DNA of 63,590 nt, the filler included, from an uncultured Rhodopirellula sp. (GTDB taxonomy: Bacteria > Planctomycetota > Planctomycetia > Pirellulales > Pirellulaceae), in assembly GCA_964007735.1 (NCBI GenBank). It is 3 parts of 3 records of this genome, joined end to end, with 100 filler letters (N's around TTAATTAATTAA, not from the genome) between each part and the next. Parts side by side here need not be neighbours in the genome. Positions count along the whole stretch, not along the records: positions 1 to 26,219 come from CAXGAI010000058.1; 2 more parts are not named here. One strand, written 5' to 3'. Both the position numbers and the translations under genes were made by a program. Every line of letters begins with the position of its first letter. The stretch's first letter is position 1. A model generated the notes under the pieces. The model did no database searches. It had not been told where the DNA came from and saw nothing but the letters and a program-made list of their open reading frames with translations. This document shows, one piece after another, positions 1 through 9,791 of this stretch.

Positions 1-1321
1 ATGCCTGCGAAGAAGAACCATTGGATTCGGTGATATCCGAGATAATACGAATCGTATATGGGAAATCTTCCGGATCAGGCAGCACAGCTTTCACACTTCG
101 TTCAGCCAGCATACCGTGACCAATTTCCCGACGTCCGGGGCCACGATTAGGCTTCGCTTCCCCAACGCTGTAACCAGGGAAGTTGTAGTCCAACATGAAT
201 TTTTTGGAATAATTATCAGTGATTCCATCCACTCGCTGTTCATCTTTGCTCGTTCCAAGAGTTACCGTTACCAAGGCCTGAGTTTCACCTCGCTGAAATA
301 CCGCTGAGCCATGAACACGTGGCAGAACATCAACGTAACACTCGATGTTACGCAGTTCATCGGGTTTACGACCATCGGGACGTGTACCTTCCACGATTAA
401 TCCACGAATCACATGTGATTCAAGCTTGTAAAAAGCAGCCTTTAATGCTTTCGAACAAATAGCGTCTTCAGCTTCCGGATCCGGAATCATCTCTTCCGTA
501 ATGGTCGCCTTGACTGCGTTTACTGCTTCAGCTCGATTTTGCTTACCGTCAGTCAACTGAGCTGAACGAAACTGATCCGAATACTTCTCAATCAACTGGG
601 CAGCAATTCCATCGTCTTCAGGAGCAATGAATTCTTGCTTCTGAACGTCACATTTCTCATGTAGTTCATTCTGCAGTTCACAGACCAACTTAATCCCCTC
701 GTGAGCGTAAAGAATGGCTTCCACCATTTCATCTTCAGGCATTTCACGAGCAAATCCTTCAATCATCAAAATTTCTTCAAGGCTCCCGGAAACGATCATA
801 TCCAAATCGCTCTCTTCCAAGTCCTCGACAGTTGGGAAGGTAACCAACTGACCGTCGATCCGCCCCACTCGAACCGATGCAATCGGCCCGGCAAACGGTA
901 ATGGGGAAATGTGAAGAGCTGCTGCGATACCGTTCATGGCAATTACATCACCATCGTTCAGAGCATCGCTGGCAACTACCGTCGACTGACACATCACTTC
1001 GTCGTTGAACCCTTTAGGGAACAATGGACGAATAGGACGGTCTGTCAGGCGTGAAGTTAACGTGTCTTTGGTCGAAGGACGTCCTTCTCTTTTTAGAAAT
1101 CCACCTGGGAATTTCCCCGCAGCGGCAAAACGTTCCCGGTAATCACACATCAGTGGGAAGAAGTCAATTCCTTCTCGAGGGGCACCTGATGTTACAGCAT
1201 TTAAAACAACCGTATCACCATACTGAGCAATTACACATGCTCCAGCCTGCTTCGCAATAAAGCCAGTTTCCAATGAAAACGTCTGGCCTCCAATTTCTCT
1301 TTCTACTCGTACCTTTTCCAT
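1..1321 (-). CDS. pnp: Polyribonucleotide nucleotidyltransferase (PNPase), partial; runs off the window start
   Basis: Absent from the ORF track. Manual translation from ATG 1321 gives MEKVRVEREIGGQTFSLETGFIAKQAGACVIAQYGDTVV...DFFPLMCDYRERFAAAGKFPGGFLKREGRP...RLTDRPIRPLFP, the PNPase N-terminal RNase PH domain. It lies downstream of rpsO, the canonical order. Confidence 0.97.
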   Translation of the reverse strand, partial: MEKVRVEREIGGQTFSLETGFIAKQAGACVIAQYGDTVVLNAVTSGAPREGIDFFPLMCDYRERFAAAGKFPGGFLKREGRPSTKDTLTSRLTDRPIRPLFPKGFNDEVMCQSTVVASDALNDGDVIAMNGIAAALHISPLPFAGPIASVRVGRIDGQLVTFPTVEDLEESDLDMIVSGSLEEILMIEGFAREMPEDEMVEAILYAHEGIKLVCELQNELHEKCDVQKQEFIAPEDDGIAAQLIEKYSDQFRSAQLTDGKQNRAEAVNAVKATITEEMIPDPEAEDAICSKALKAAFYKLESHVIRGLIVEGTRPDGRKPDELRNIECYVDVLPRVHGSAVFQRGETQALVTVTLGTSKDEQRVDGITDNYSKKFMLDYNFPGYSVGEAKPNRGPGRREIGHGMLAERSVKAVLPDPEDFPYTIRIISDITESNGSSSQA

Positions 1322-1582
1322 TCGTACAATTCTTTCTCTTACCTACAAAAACCTACAAGCCTCTCAAAAACCGAGGCCATTAACTTACTTAATTCATTCC
1401 AAAATTTAGGCCAGCCAACTCGGCTTTACTTCATTCGCCTCTGCTGTTGTCGTAGGTATGACAACCCGAGAGTTCCAATCGAAGATGATACCAGCTGGGT
1501 CGGGAGTTCTGTGCTCCCCTTCGTGTAACTGTCCCTGATAGGGACCAAGGACAATCTAAAGCGGCCTGAAGACCTCCGAATC

Positions 1583-1852
1583 TTACTTTCGGATACCTAA
1601 CTTGCCGATAATATCTAAATATCGCTGAGGATCAATTTTTCTTAGATAGTCCAACAACCGGCGCCGTCGACTAACGAGCGCCAACAAACCACGACGGCAC
1701 GCATAGTCTTTCTTGTGTGAACGCATGTGCTCAGTGAGGTTATTGATACGAGTGGTTAAGATTGCAATCTGAACTTCTGGTGACCCAGTATCGTTATCTG
1801 CCTTCTTAAATTCGCCGATTAATTCCTGCTTGTGCGCTTTAGTGATTGTCAT
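1583..1852 (-). CDS. rpsO: 30S ribosomal protein S15
   Basis: 89 aa with [13 protein letters not shown]...HKKD...[16 protein letters not shown]. Confidence 0.99.
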   Translation of the reverse strand: MTITKAHKQELIGEFKKADNDTGSPEVQIAILTTRINNLTEHMRSHKKDYACRRGLLALVSRRRRLLDYLRKIDPQRYLDIIGKLGIRK

Positions 1853-2006
1853 CGTTGTAACTATTCTTCCTGCCGATACGGAGATCCAACCGTTGAATTC
1901 CTATCAGTCAAATGTTTCCAACCAAACTGCCCTCTATTAGGCACACTCCAGTCAGAAAAACCAATACTCAGCCCGTAAACTATTACGGAACATCTTTAAT
2001 CCCTTA

Positions 2007-2034
2007 AATCTACCACTAACAAGGGGAGATGCAA
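2007..2034 (-). promoter_or_regulatory. Putative sigma70-type promoter of rpsO-pnp
   Basis: The minus strand reads TTGCAT-N16-TAGATT with a TG extended -10 (TGGTAGATT), about 155 nt upstream of the rpsO ATG. Confidence 0.45.
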
Positions 2035-2100
2035 ATGGGCATAAGCACGTCTAATACAGTAAACCCCGTTATAAATCACGTCAGAATCGCTGGAAATAGG

Positions 2101-3327
2101 CTATTTACGACGGTTCGAAAGGATATGTACGTACTGACTGAGAGCAATGACGCTCCAGCAGGATGCTGAGATCGAGATAAATTGATCCTCCCCATGGGGA
2201 AAGTCCGATTCAAAATACTCCTGAATCGGTCTACTCCGTGTCAAAACGAGCCATGAGCCATCTTTTTTCTGAGTTTCCAACAGATAGTTTACCCCTCTTA
2301 AGTACCATTTCGCATGTGCCAAATCGGGTTGAGCCGTTAATAAGGCCGTCATTATGATTCCAGTCGCATAAGCATCACTCTGCATAGCATCGGTTTGAGC
2401 CCAACCGCCATCCTCTCGCTGTCGTTGTTTCAACTGATCAACCATCGCTTGTAATCGCTTAGTATCAACTTCCACCCCGGGATACCCCCATTCTGCAGGT
2501 TGCTCAAGCTTTTTACCAATCTTGCGTCTATCAGGTAGGTAATCGGGTATAGTCTTCAACGCATGATGATAAGAATGAGCTTTGGTCAGCCAATACCAAC
2601 CCATAAGCTGAAATGCGCGGTCTTCGGCGGAAGAAGCGGTTGTACTAGCATACCAGGTTCGGATTTCACCAGCATGTTTCATCAATTCCTCTAACTTGTA
2701 GGTACTTAATGCGGCGATTGCTAAACCTGTGGCTGTAAAATCACTCGACTCCAAAGGTGGTCGAATCGTATTGATTTTCCAGGGCCGCTCCGGTTTATAG
2801 ATCTTCAGTAGATAATCGAGTAACTCATCCGTTCCTTCCAACCGCTTTAACTCTCCGGAAGCAGTAATTTGAGAAGTGGCGACAAATTGAGCTATCGCAT
2901 ACCCAGCCGTGAAGGCACCACCTGGCACTCCATGCCCTTTGACTAATTCAACCTTTCGCTGCAGAAAAAAATCGGCCGTGAATTTTCGCTGTGTTTCTAA
3001 CCACTTGCGATCCACCTTCACGCCAATAGTTTCTGCCCGGACTGCTGCCATGACCGGCAACGCCTGATGGTGACACGTAAAGCAAGTCTTCTGTTCGACG
3101 TAACTTCCAGCACTTTTCACAATCGGCCGTACTGCAGTTTCCACCGCCATTCTCACTTGCCCAATTCCTCGCGGATTCGCTAAGGCTACGGAAGCAGAAC
3201 CGAACTGCAAGACAGACATCAGGAAAATTAGAAGTAACGATTTAATAACAATGTTCATGAAGGACGCTTTTGAGTTTGGTAACCTAAAAGACAAGTCGGA
3301 TATGAAATCAATCATTTTCAATGACAA
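2101..3327 (-). CDS. Exported prenyltransferase/squalene-oxidase-repeat (QW-motif, alpha/alpha barrel) protein with N-terminal CxxCH; likely start ATG 3258
   Basis: QW-like repeats QREDGGW and QKKDGSW, SDAYATG, C-terminal FPHGEDQFIS, CFTCHH, and a hydrophobic signal peptide after MNIVIK. Confidence 0.7.
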   Translation of the reverse strand: MSLKMIDFISDLSFRLPNSKASFMNIVIKSLLLIFLMSVLQFGSASVALANPRGIGQVRMAVETAVRPIVKSAGSYVEQKTCFTCHHQALPVMAAVRAETIGVKVDRKWLETQRKFTADFFLQRKVELVKGHGVPGGAFTAGYAIAQFVATSQITASGELKRLEGTDELLDYLLKIYKPERPWKINTIRPPLESSDFTATGLAIAALSTYKLEELMKHAGEIRTWYASTTASSAEDRAFQLMGWYWLTKAHSYHHALKTIPDYLPDRRKIGKKLEQPAEWGYPGVEVDTKRLQAMVDQLKQRQREDGGWAQTDAMQSDAYATGIIMTALLTAQPDLAHAKWYLRGVNYLLETQKKDGSWLVLTRSRPIQEYFESDFPHGEDQFISISASCWSVIALSQYVHILSNRRK

Positions 3328-3394
3328 GTTTTATCTTACCCGATTCAATAATCGCTAACCGCCTTGAAAATCCCAAAACAATATTTCCGATATC

Positions 3395-5158
3395 ATGTCG
3401 CAACCCACCTGCAACCGAACTCTACTTCAACTCATCACCCTTATTCTATTTGCCGTTACTCTCATGACCGAACCAGTGCTAGATGCCCAAACTCAGGACT
3501 TGTCCCGTCAGGCTGGCTATGACCGCCCTGTCACACCCTTCAACCAAAGCCGCAGTGTTGTGGTCGCTAAGAACGGTCTGGTGGCGACCAGCCATCCTTT
3601 AGCAGCCCAGACTGGTCTGGATATTCTTAAAGCCGGTGGCAACGCTATGGATGCTGCTATCGCAGTGAATGCAATGCTGGGAGTAGTCGAACCAATGAGC
3701 AATGGGATCGGTGGCGACCTATTCTGCATCTACTGGGACAACAAGTCCCAAAAACTCTACGGACTCAACGCAAGTGGTCGAAGTCCATACAAAGCAACAC
3801 GCGAATATTTCGCCCAAAAGGGCCTTGATGAAATTCCTCTGTTTGGTCCGCTGGCCTGGTCCATCCCTGGTTGCGTAAGTGGCTGGCAGGCACTGAACGA
3901 ACGATTCGGGTCCGTTCCACTCAAGCAAATCCTCGCTCCATCAATACACACCGCGCGCGAAGGTTTTCCCGTATCCGAAGTAATTGCCCATTACTGGAAA
4001 GTCTCAACACCTTCACTCGCAGCCGAATCCGGCTCTGCACAAATCTACTTGATCGACGGAAAGTATCCCCCCGGATTTGGAGAAATTTATCGTTTGCCCA
4101 AACTCGCTGATAGCTATCAGCTCATCGCAGAACAAGGAGCGGACGCATTTTATCGCGGGAAAATTGCACAGGCAATCGTCGCCTACAGTGACCAAGTCGG
4201 CGGTCTCTTTACGATGAACGACTTCCTCGACCATAAAGCGACCTGGGTTGATCCTGTCTCAACCAACTATCGGGGCTATGATGTTTGGGAATTACCCCCA
4301 AGTGGCCAGGGCATTGCTGCTTTGCAAATGTTAAATCTCATCGAACCCTATGATGTGAAACGAATGGGACCGGCTAGCCCCGATTGGTTACACCTGTTTA
4401 GTGAAGCCAAAAAGCTCGCATTTGAAGACCGAGCAAAGTTCTACGCTGATATTGACGTTGTCGACGTACCGGTGGATGTTCTCATTTCAAAAGCTTACGC
4501 GAAACAACGGGGCGTAAATATCGATATGCAACAGGCGAATCAAAATGTAGGCCACGGGGACCCAAGGATTCAAAACGGGGACACGGTGTATCTGACTGTG
4601 GTTGATAAAGATCGGAACTGCTGTTCCTTGATCCAAAGCATTTTCCATGGGTTCGGCTCGAAAGTAACCGTTCCCGAAGTGGGATTTGCAATTCAAAACC
4701 GAGGAGCACTATTTTCTCTGGATGAAAATCACCCTAACCGTCTGGAGCCACACAAGCGACCTTTCCACACCATCATTCCTGCCATGGTGACCAAGGACAA
4801 CCAACCTCACTTCTGCTTCGGCGTCATGGGCGGAGACATGCAACCTCAAGGTCATGTTCAAATCCTGATTAATATGATCGACTTCGGTATGAACGTGCAG
4901 CATGCTGGTGATCTGGCTCGCATCCGACATCTGGGTAGCTCGACTCCTACGGGCAAACAGGGGAATGGACTCGGCATCGTAGAGGTGGAATCCGGAATTC
5001 CGAATTCTGTTGTTAAGGAATTGCAATCCAGAGGCCATGAGGTCAGACGCAGTATCGGCGGTTTTGGAGGTTATCAGGGAATCCTGATCGACCACAAAAA
5101 CGGCGTGCTTCATGGGGCTACGGAGCCTCGAAAAGACGGCGCGGCCGTTGGCTATTAA
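3395..5158 (+). CDS. ggt: Gamma-glutamyltransferase (Ntn hydrolase), probably exported
   Basis: GGNAMDAAIA, GIGGDLF, nucleophile context GDTVYLTVVD, KRPFHTIIP, GVMGGDMQPQGH, and an N-terminal signal-like segment. Confidence 0.95.
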   Translation: MSQPTCNRTLLQLITLILFAVTLMTEPVLDAQTQDLSRQAGYDRPVTPFNQSRSVVVAKNGLVATSHPLAAQTGLDILKAGGNAMDAAIAVNAMLGVVEPMSNGIGGDLFCIYWDNKSQKLYGLNASGRSPYKATREYFAQKGLDEIPLFGPLAWSIPGCVSGWQALNERFGSVPLKQILAPSIHTAREGFPVSEVIAHYWKVSTPSLAAESGSAQIYLIDGKYPPGFGEIYRLPKLADSYQLIAEQGADAFYRGKIAQAIVAYSDQVGGLFTMNDFLDHKATWVDPVSTNYRGYDVWELPPSGQGIAALQMLNLIEPYDVKRMGPASPDWLHLFSEAKKLAFEDRAKFYADIDVVDVPVDVLISKAYAKQRGVNIDMQQANQNVGHGDPRIQNGDTVYLTVVDKDRNCCSLIQSIFHGFGSKVTVPEVGFAIQNRGALFSLDENHPNRLEPHKRPFHTIIPAMVTKDNQPHFCFGVMGGDMQPQGHVQILINMIDFGMNVQHAGDLARIRHLGSSTPTGKQGNGLGIVEVESGIPNSVVKELQSRGHEVRRSIGGFGGYQGILIDHKNGVLHGATEPRKDGAAVGY

Positions 5159-5209
5159 ACCTACTCACAATTCACCACTCAACCTGCAAAAATCAACAAG
5201 GACTTGAAC

Positions 5210-6283
5210 ATGACAACGCGAAGAACTTTTGTTTCATTCCTGTCTGCACTTGGCACCTATGCTGCCCTACCTACCTGTCAGGTACTAGCCAATGCTCCCA
5301 AAATAAAAGTCGGACAAATCGGCACAAAACATGCGCACGCGAGTGGAAAGATAGGTACAGCCCGAAAGTTTTCCGAACTTTATGATTTCGTTGGCATTGT
5401 CGAACCTGACGACGCTCAGTGGGACCGAGTAAAAAACTCTGCTCCCTACAAAGGTGTGCCCCGCATGACACGTGAGCAGTTACTCAATGTGGAAGGCCTA
5501 CAATTCATTTGCGTTGAAACGGAAGTCAAAAATCTCACTAATACCGCTCTGGCATGTGTTTCAGCTGGTAAACATATCCACCTCGACAAGCCAGCAGGAA
5601 TCAATTACTCCGGCTTTGAAAAAGTCATTCAGACAGCGGAAAAGAATAACGTATTGATTCAAATGGGGTATATGTTCAGATACAATCCCGGCTTTCAGTT
5701 TATCTTCCGTTCCATTCGCGAAGGTTTACTAGGTGATATTTTCGAAGTGGATGGAGTCATCAGCAAGAAAATCGATGATCGCACCCGCAAGCAACTTGCC
5801 GAGTATGCTGGTGGCACCATGTTTGAGTTAGGTTGTCACTTAATTGATTCACTCCATGTCGCAATGGGGACTCCTGAACGAGTCACGGCTTTTCCACGTA
5901 CAACCTATCCTGAAAAAGACTCTCTCGTAGACAATATGCTGGCTGTATTCGATTACCCCAAAGCCACTGCAACCATTCGCTCAGCAATGATGGAGGTCGA
6001 TGGATTTCGTCGTCGGCAGTTTATCGTTGTTGGAAGTGAAGGAACAATCATTCTTCGTCCATTAGAGAAGCCAATCTTAGAATTAACACTCGAGTCAGCT
6101 AGAGATGGTCACGCCAAGGGCTCACACTTCGTAACCTTACCCACACTCGGTGGACGCTATGATGGTGATTTCTTAGAAATGGCCGCCGTATTGCACGAAG
6201 AACGAGAGTTTCCTTTTAGCTACCAACATGATCTCGACGTACAAAAGAGTGTCCTGCTCGGCAGTGGGATCACACTGACATAA
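5210..6283 (+). CDS. Gfo/Idh/MocA family oxidoreductase with Tat signal
   Basis: MTTRRTFVSFL twin-arginine signal, GKHIHLDKP, GYMFRYNP, GG.MFELGCHLID. ATG 5210 follows an AAGGA RBS. Confidence 0.88.
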   Translation: MTTRRTFVSFLSALGTYAALPTCQVLANAPKIKVGQIGTKHAHASGKIGTARKFSELYDFVGIVEPDDAQWDRVKNSAPYKGVPRMTREQLLNVEGLQFICVETEVKNLTNTALACVSAGKHIHLDKPAGINYSGFEKVIQTAEKNNVLIQMGYMFRYNPGFQFIFRSIREGLLGDIFEVDGVISKKIDDRTRKQLAEYAGGTMFELGCHLIDSLHVAMGTPERVTAFPRTTYPEKDSLVDNMLAVFDYPKATATIRSAMMEVDGFRRRQFIVVGSEGTIILRPLEKPILELTLESARDGHAKGSHFVTLPTLGGRYDGDFLEMAAVLHEEREFPFSYQHDLDVQKSVLLGSGITLT

Positions 6284-6563
6284 ACTGCTACGGAAAATCT
6301 ATCAATAAGTAACATAATCAGTTACTTTTACTTAGAAATCGCCGATATTGCATGAAGCCTACATCAACTATTAGGAGCTAACAGACACCAAATGTTTGAC
6401 ACCAACAAAGCATTTGGTGAACAATATGGGTGTAGGATTATCGTCGCCGTGATTTCGGTCTTATCTCGTGATAAATGCTGCCAACCAAATTTGACGCCTT
6501 TGGCCTTGTTTTTCAGGAAAACATTCGTCTGAAAGCGTCGCTGTTTATTGACTACTAAACATC

Positions 6564-7106
6564 GTGAATCCCGACCCCACCGATGTCAACCTCGTCCAGG
6601 CTGCTAAGCTAGGTGACCGCACTGCGCTTGTCAAACTTATTGAACGGTACCAAAATCGGTTGTATCGGGCATTAATACCAATCACCAACAATGCAGAAGA
6701 GGCTCTTGATGTAACTCAGGAAACTTTTGTACAAGTCTTTCGCAAGTTAACTTCCTTTCAGGAAGAGGCGCACTTTTTCACTTGGATTTACCGCATCGGC
6801 TTCAACATTGCCCGAACCCATCAACGTCGACAACGCCCTGACTCTATTGATACTTCACAAGTTATGATTCCCTCCTCCGATCAATCGGCCGAGCAACAAC
6901 TGGAAAGCCACGAATTCCGTGAAGCTTTGAAACTGGCGATCGCTAAGCTTCCGGAAGATCAGCAGCAGGTTATCCTGCTGCGGGAAATCGAAGAATACGA
7001 TTACCAGCAAATTGCCGCTACCCTCGACATCAGCTTGGGGACTGTTCGTAGCCGCTTACATCGCGCCCGAGCTCAATTACGTGAACTACTCAGCAACTGG
7101 CTCTAA
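6564..7106 (+). CDS. ECF RNA polymerase sigma-70 factor (RpoE/SigW-like)
   Basis: Region 2 A.DVTQETFVQVF...FFTWIYRIGFN and region 4 YQQIAATLDISLGTVRSRLHRAR. Confidence 0.95.
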   Translation: MNPDPTDVNLVQAAKLGDRTALVKLIERYQNRLYRALIPITNNAEEALDVTQETFVQVFRKLTSFQEEAHFFTWIYRIGFNIARTHQRRQRPDSIDTSQVMIPSSDQSAEQQLESHEFREALKLAIAKLPEDQQQVILLREIEEYDYQQIAATLDISLGTVRSRLHRARAQLRELLSNWL

Positions 7107-9632
7107 ACCCTCTGGTCCAAGGCGAAATTCGATCATGCCCAACTGGCTTGTCAGCAACAATTCCCCACGACGCTGATTTACGATCTGCTGATAACTATGT
7201 AGTACAGGATCCTGCAACGTTTCGTGACCTGTGCTGACGACGGCAAAGCGTGGACGACTCCATTGGCTAAACAATTCCGGCTCACTGTGTACACTACCGT
7301 GATGAGGTACCATGAGCACATCACATTCGCTAGCTGCGTATAAGCCTAACAAAACCTCAATCCCTTCTCTTTCAATATCTCCAGGCAGTAACACTCGGCA
7401 CTCCGGATGCTTTAGTAGCAAAACCAAACTGGCATCATTATCTGATGAATATTCTCTTTGCTGTACCGGCGCCAAAACTTCAATCTGCACCTTACCAAAT
7501 TCTAATTGATCATTTGCTGAAAGCATCTCCGGATCGGTCTGATGTTTTTCCAGACAATCGGCTAAATAACCAACAGCTATTCCAGCTCTTTCTCTGAGCC
7601 GCTGCTGGAATAACTGGTGTTTCATACGCTCCGTCACCATCACATGTTGAGGTTTGAACCGGGGCAACAGAAAGGGGACTGCGTTGAAATGATCCAGATC
7701 TGCATGTGAAAGAAAGATCCCTTCAAGACGGCTATGACCGCGATGCCATAACGCCTCGGCAATTTCACGACCTCCAATCCTGAAATTAGTCAGGCTTCCG
7801 GCGTCATAAAGCCACGCACCCGAGCCCGGGATTTCCAAAAGCACGGCTGTCCCGTGTTCCACGTTGATAAAAACCACCCGAAAGTCATCAATCGTCGACT
7901 TAAATCCAGTTCGGTTTGGCCAAAGTAAGAAACTACCTAACACCCAAATCCCAAGACACCAACGAAAGCTATGCTGATACCTTAAAGCAAATGGTAAAAC
8001 ACCGTAAGCAATACTCAACAACAGATAAAATAGAACACACCATTCCACCGTAGGGCCGGACAGCCAAAACGTCCCCAGACTATCTAGACCATATCCGATG
8101 TTTAAGTCCCAAACACATCTAAAGGAGACTTCTGCTAATATCGATGGAAGATAGTGTAAATATGGCAGATCACCGATCATTGCCAATACAAATCCACTCC
8201 AGATGCCAATCGTCACAGGAATTGCCAAGAGCGTGTTCTGTAAAATCCCTACAAAGCTGACCAAATGAAATTGTGCCGAAGTCAAAGGCAAAGTAATCAA
8301 AACCACGGTGGTAGTTAACAGAATGGCCATTCTAGTATGACGCAGAACCGCCACACATACCTGAAGGACAAAAGGCTTCCGGTGAAGCAACAGCCGCTGA
8401 AGCCGCGAAGATTGCTGAGTTCCGAAGGCCTTAAACAAACATAAGGTCGCAACGGCAATAAACGACAGTTGGGTCCCAACGTCGAACAACGTAGATGGAT
8501 TAGCAACCAACATGATCAGGCCGGCTACATACAAAGAGTAAACTGTGTGAACTTCCCGAAAGTACAATCGACCTCCAAGCGATATCGAAATCAAAATCCC
8601 CGCCCGAGTCACCGGCGGCCGCAGATCCACAATGACCACATAGAACCATACAATCACAATGGTTAAGAAATACCATGTGACTTGTTGCCGGGGAAAAAAA
8701 CGTGACGGAAATAAGATCCCCAAAGCTAACACTCCAACGTGCAGTCCTGAAATGGCTACCAAGTGAATAATACCTCCTCGAGCGAACTGTTCTAATTCCT
8801 CTGCGTGCAGTTGCTGCCGATCACCCAATAGCACCGCCGAAGCCAGCCGAAATTGACGTTTACCTAACCGACGTTGCAGATTCGACCTTGCAAACTGTCT
8901 GATGCCATCTCGCGCCTGCCCAAACCATCGATCGGTCTGATCCATAACGGTCACCGCCCTTAGATCATCCTGCACAACAATCACAAATCCACGACGACTC
9001 CCCCAATGATGAACGGCCGAGTCCCAGCCACCGGGATTATCCGCTGTCCCTATAGGTAGAGCCATCCCCTGCACTTTTAAGCGACAACCCGCCGACAGTT
9101 CTGACCAACGTTTAGAAGACTCTGGCGTTTGCTTCAGTGAACAAACCAATGTCCCGCTCCCGCTTACGTCTAGCCACTCGATCTCTCCATTCGAGAATTG
9201 CCGCAGTGCACTGATGGTCACCTCCGCCTTGATCCGCCCCTTGTTCTGCACACGATTCAGAGGATGCCGCGGACGTTCAGGTTCCAGGCGGACTTCACGC
9301 TCGAGTTCAACGATAGCAATCACAGGAACTGGTTTCTTTAGCCGATGTCGAAATGAATTAGTCGGTTCATACCACCAATCGAAATAATGCCAAATCGCAA
9401 AGCCACAAACTACAAGAATAAACAATGCGAGCTTAAGTAGCAGACCACCAAACAGCTTTTGAATCCCTTTCCCTGTGCGGCTATCGAAAATCACACTCAC
9501 TAAAACTAGTCCTCCTGTGAGAACAAATCCCAGGAAATAGACGAGAGGAGGAGGACTAAGGAATCTATCGACAAGAATCCCCAGAACGGCACTTAGAAAA
9601 ACCCCACTGATCGGAGTAAGGTGGTGATACAT
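7086..9632 (-). CDS. comEC: ComEC/Rec2 DNA-uptake channel family protein (OB, competence and metallo-beta-lactamase domains)
   Basis: HLVAISGLHVG, P.V.RA, QLSFIAV, MBL motifs SHADLDH, NDASLVL, LLPGDIE and VPHHGS. Confidence 0.93.
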   Translation of the reverse strand: MYHHLTPISGVFLSAVLGILVDRFLSPPPLVYFLGFVLTGGLVLVSVIFDSRTGKGIQKLFGGLLLKLALFILVVCGFAIWHYFDWWYEPTNSFRHRLKKPVPVIAIVELEREVRLEPERPRHPLNRVQNKGRIKAEVTISALRQFSNGEIEWLDVSGSGTLVCSLKQTPESSKRWSELSAGCRLKVQGMALPIGTADNPGGWDSAVHHWGSRRGFVIVVQDDLRAVTVMDQTDRWFGQARDGIRQFARSNLQRRLGKRQFRLASAVLLGDRQQLHAEELEQFARGGIIHLVAISGLHVGVLALGILFPSRFFPRQQVTWYFLTIVIVWFYVVIVDLRPPVTRAGILISISLGGRLYFREVHTVYSLYVAGLIMLVANPSTLFDVGTQLSFIAVATLCLFKAFGTQQSSRLQRLLLHRKPFVLQVCVAVLRHTRMAILLTTTVVLITLPLTSAQFHLVSFVGILQNTLLAIPVTIGIWSGFVLAMIGDLPYLHYLPSILAEVSFRCVWDLNIGYGLDSLGTFWLSGPTVEWCVLFYLLLSIAYGVLPFALRYQHSFRWCLGIWVLGSFLLWPNRTGFKSTIDDFRVVFINVEHGTAVLLEIPGSGAWLYDAGSLTNFRIGGREIAEALWHRGHSRLEGIFLSHADLDHFNAVPFLLPRFKPQHVMVTERMKHQLFQQRLRERAGIAVGYLADCLEKHQTDPEMLSANDQLEFGKVQIEVLAPVQQREYSSDNDASLVLLLKHPECRVLLPGDIEREGIEVLLGLYAASECDVLMVPHHGSVHSEPELFSQWSRPRFAVVSTGHETLQDPVLHSYQQIVNQRRGELLLTSQLGMIEFRLGPEGLEPVAE

Positions 9633-9791
9633 AATTTCTCAATTTGGTATTAATTTGAATCAAATGCATCAATATTCCACCACATGACTGACAGATGAGT
9701 GCCAACTGAACATTAGAACGCTGCCACATGGCTGAGAAAACTGTTGTATATTGTGAAGTAACTGAGGATTATTAAGGACTTTGAGACCATC

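Noticed and set aside
116..1260. Three short plus-strand ORFs
   Set aside because: They lie antisense to pnp, which the ORF track missed.
2101..3327. Calling this gene shc (squalene-hopene cyclase)
   Set aside because: Too short, exported, and lacks the DxDD catalytic motif.
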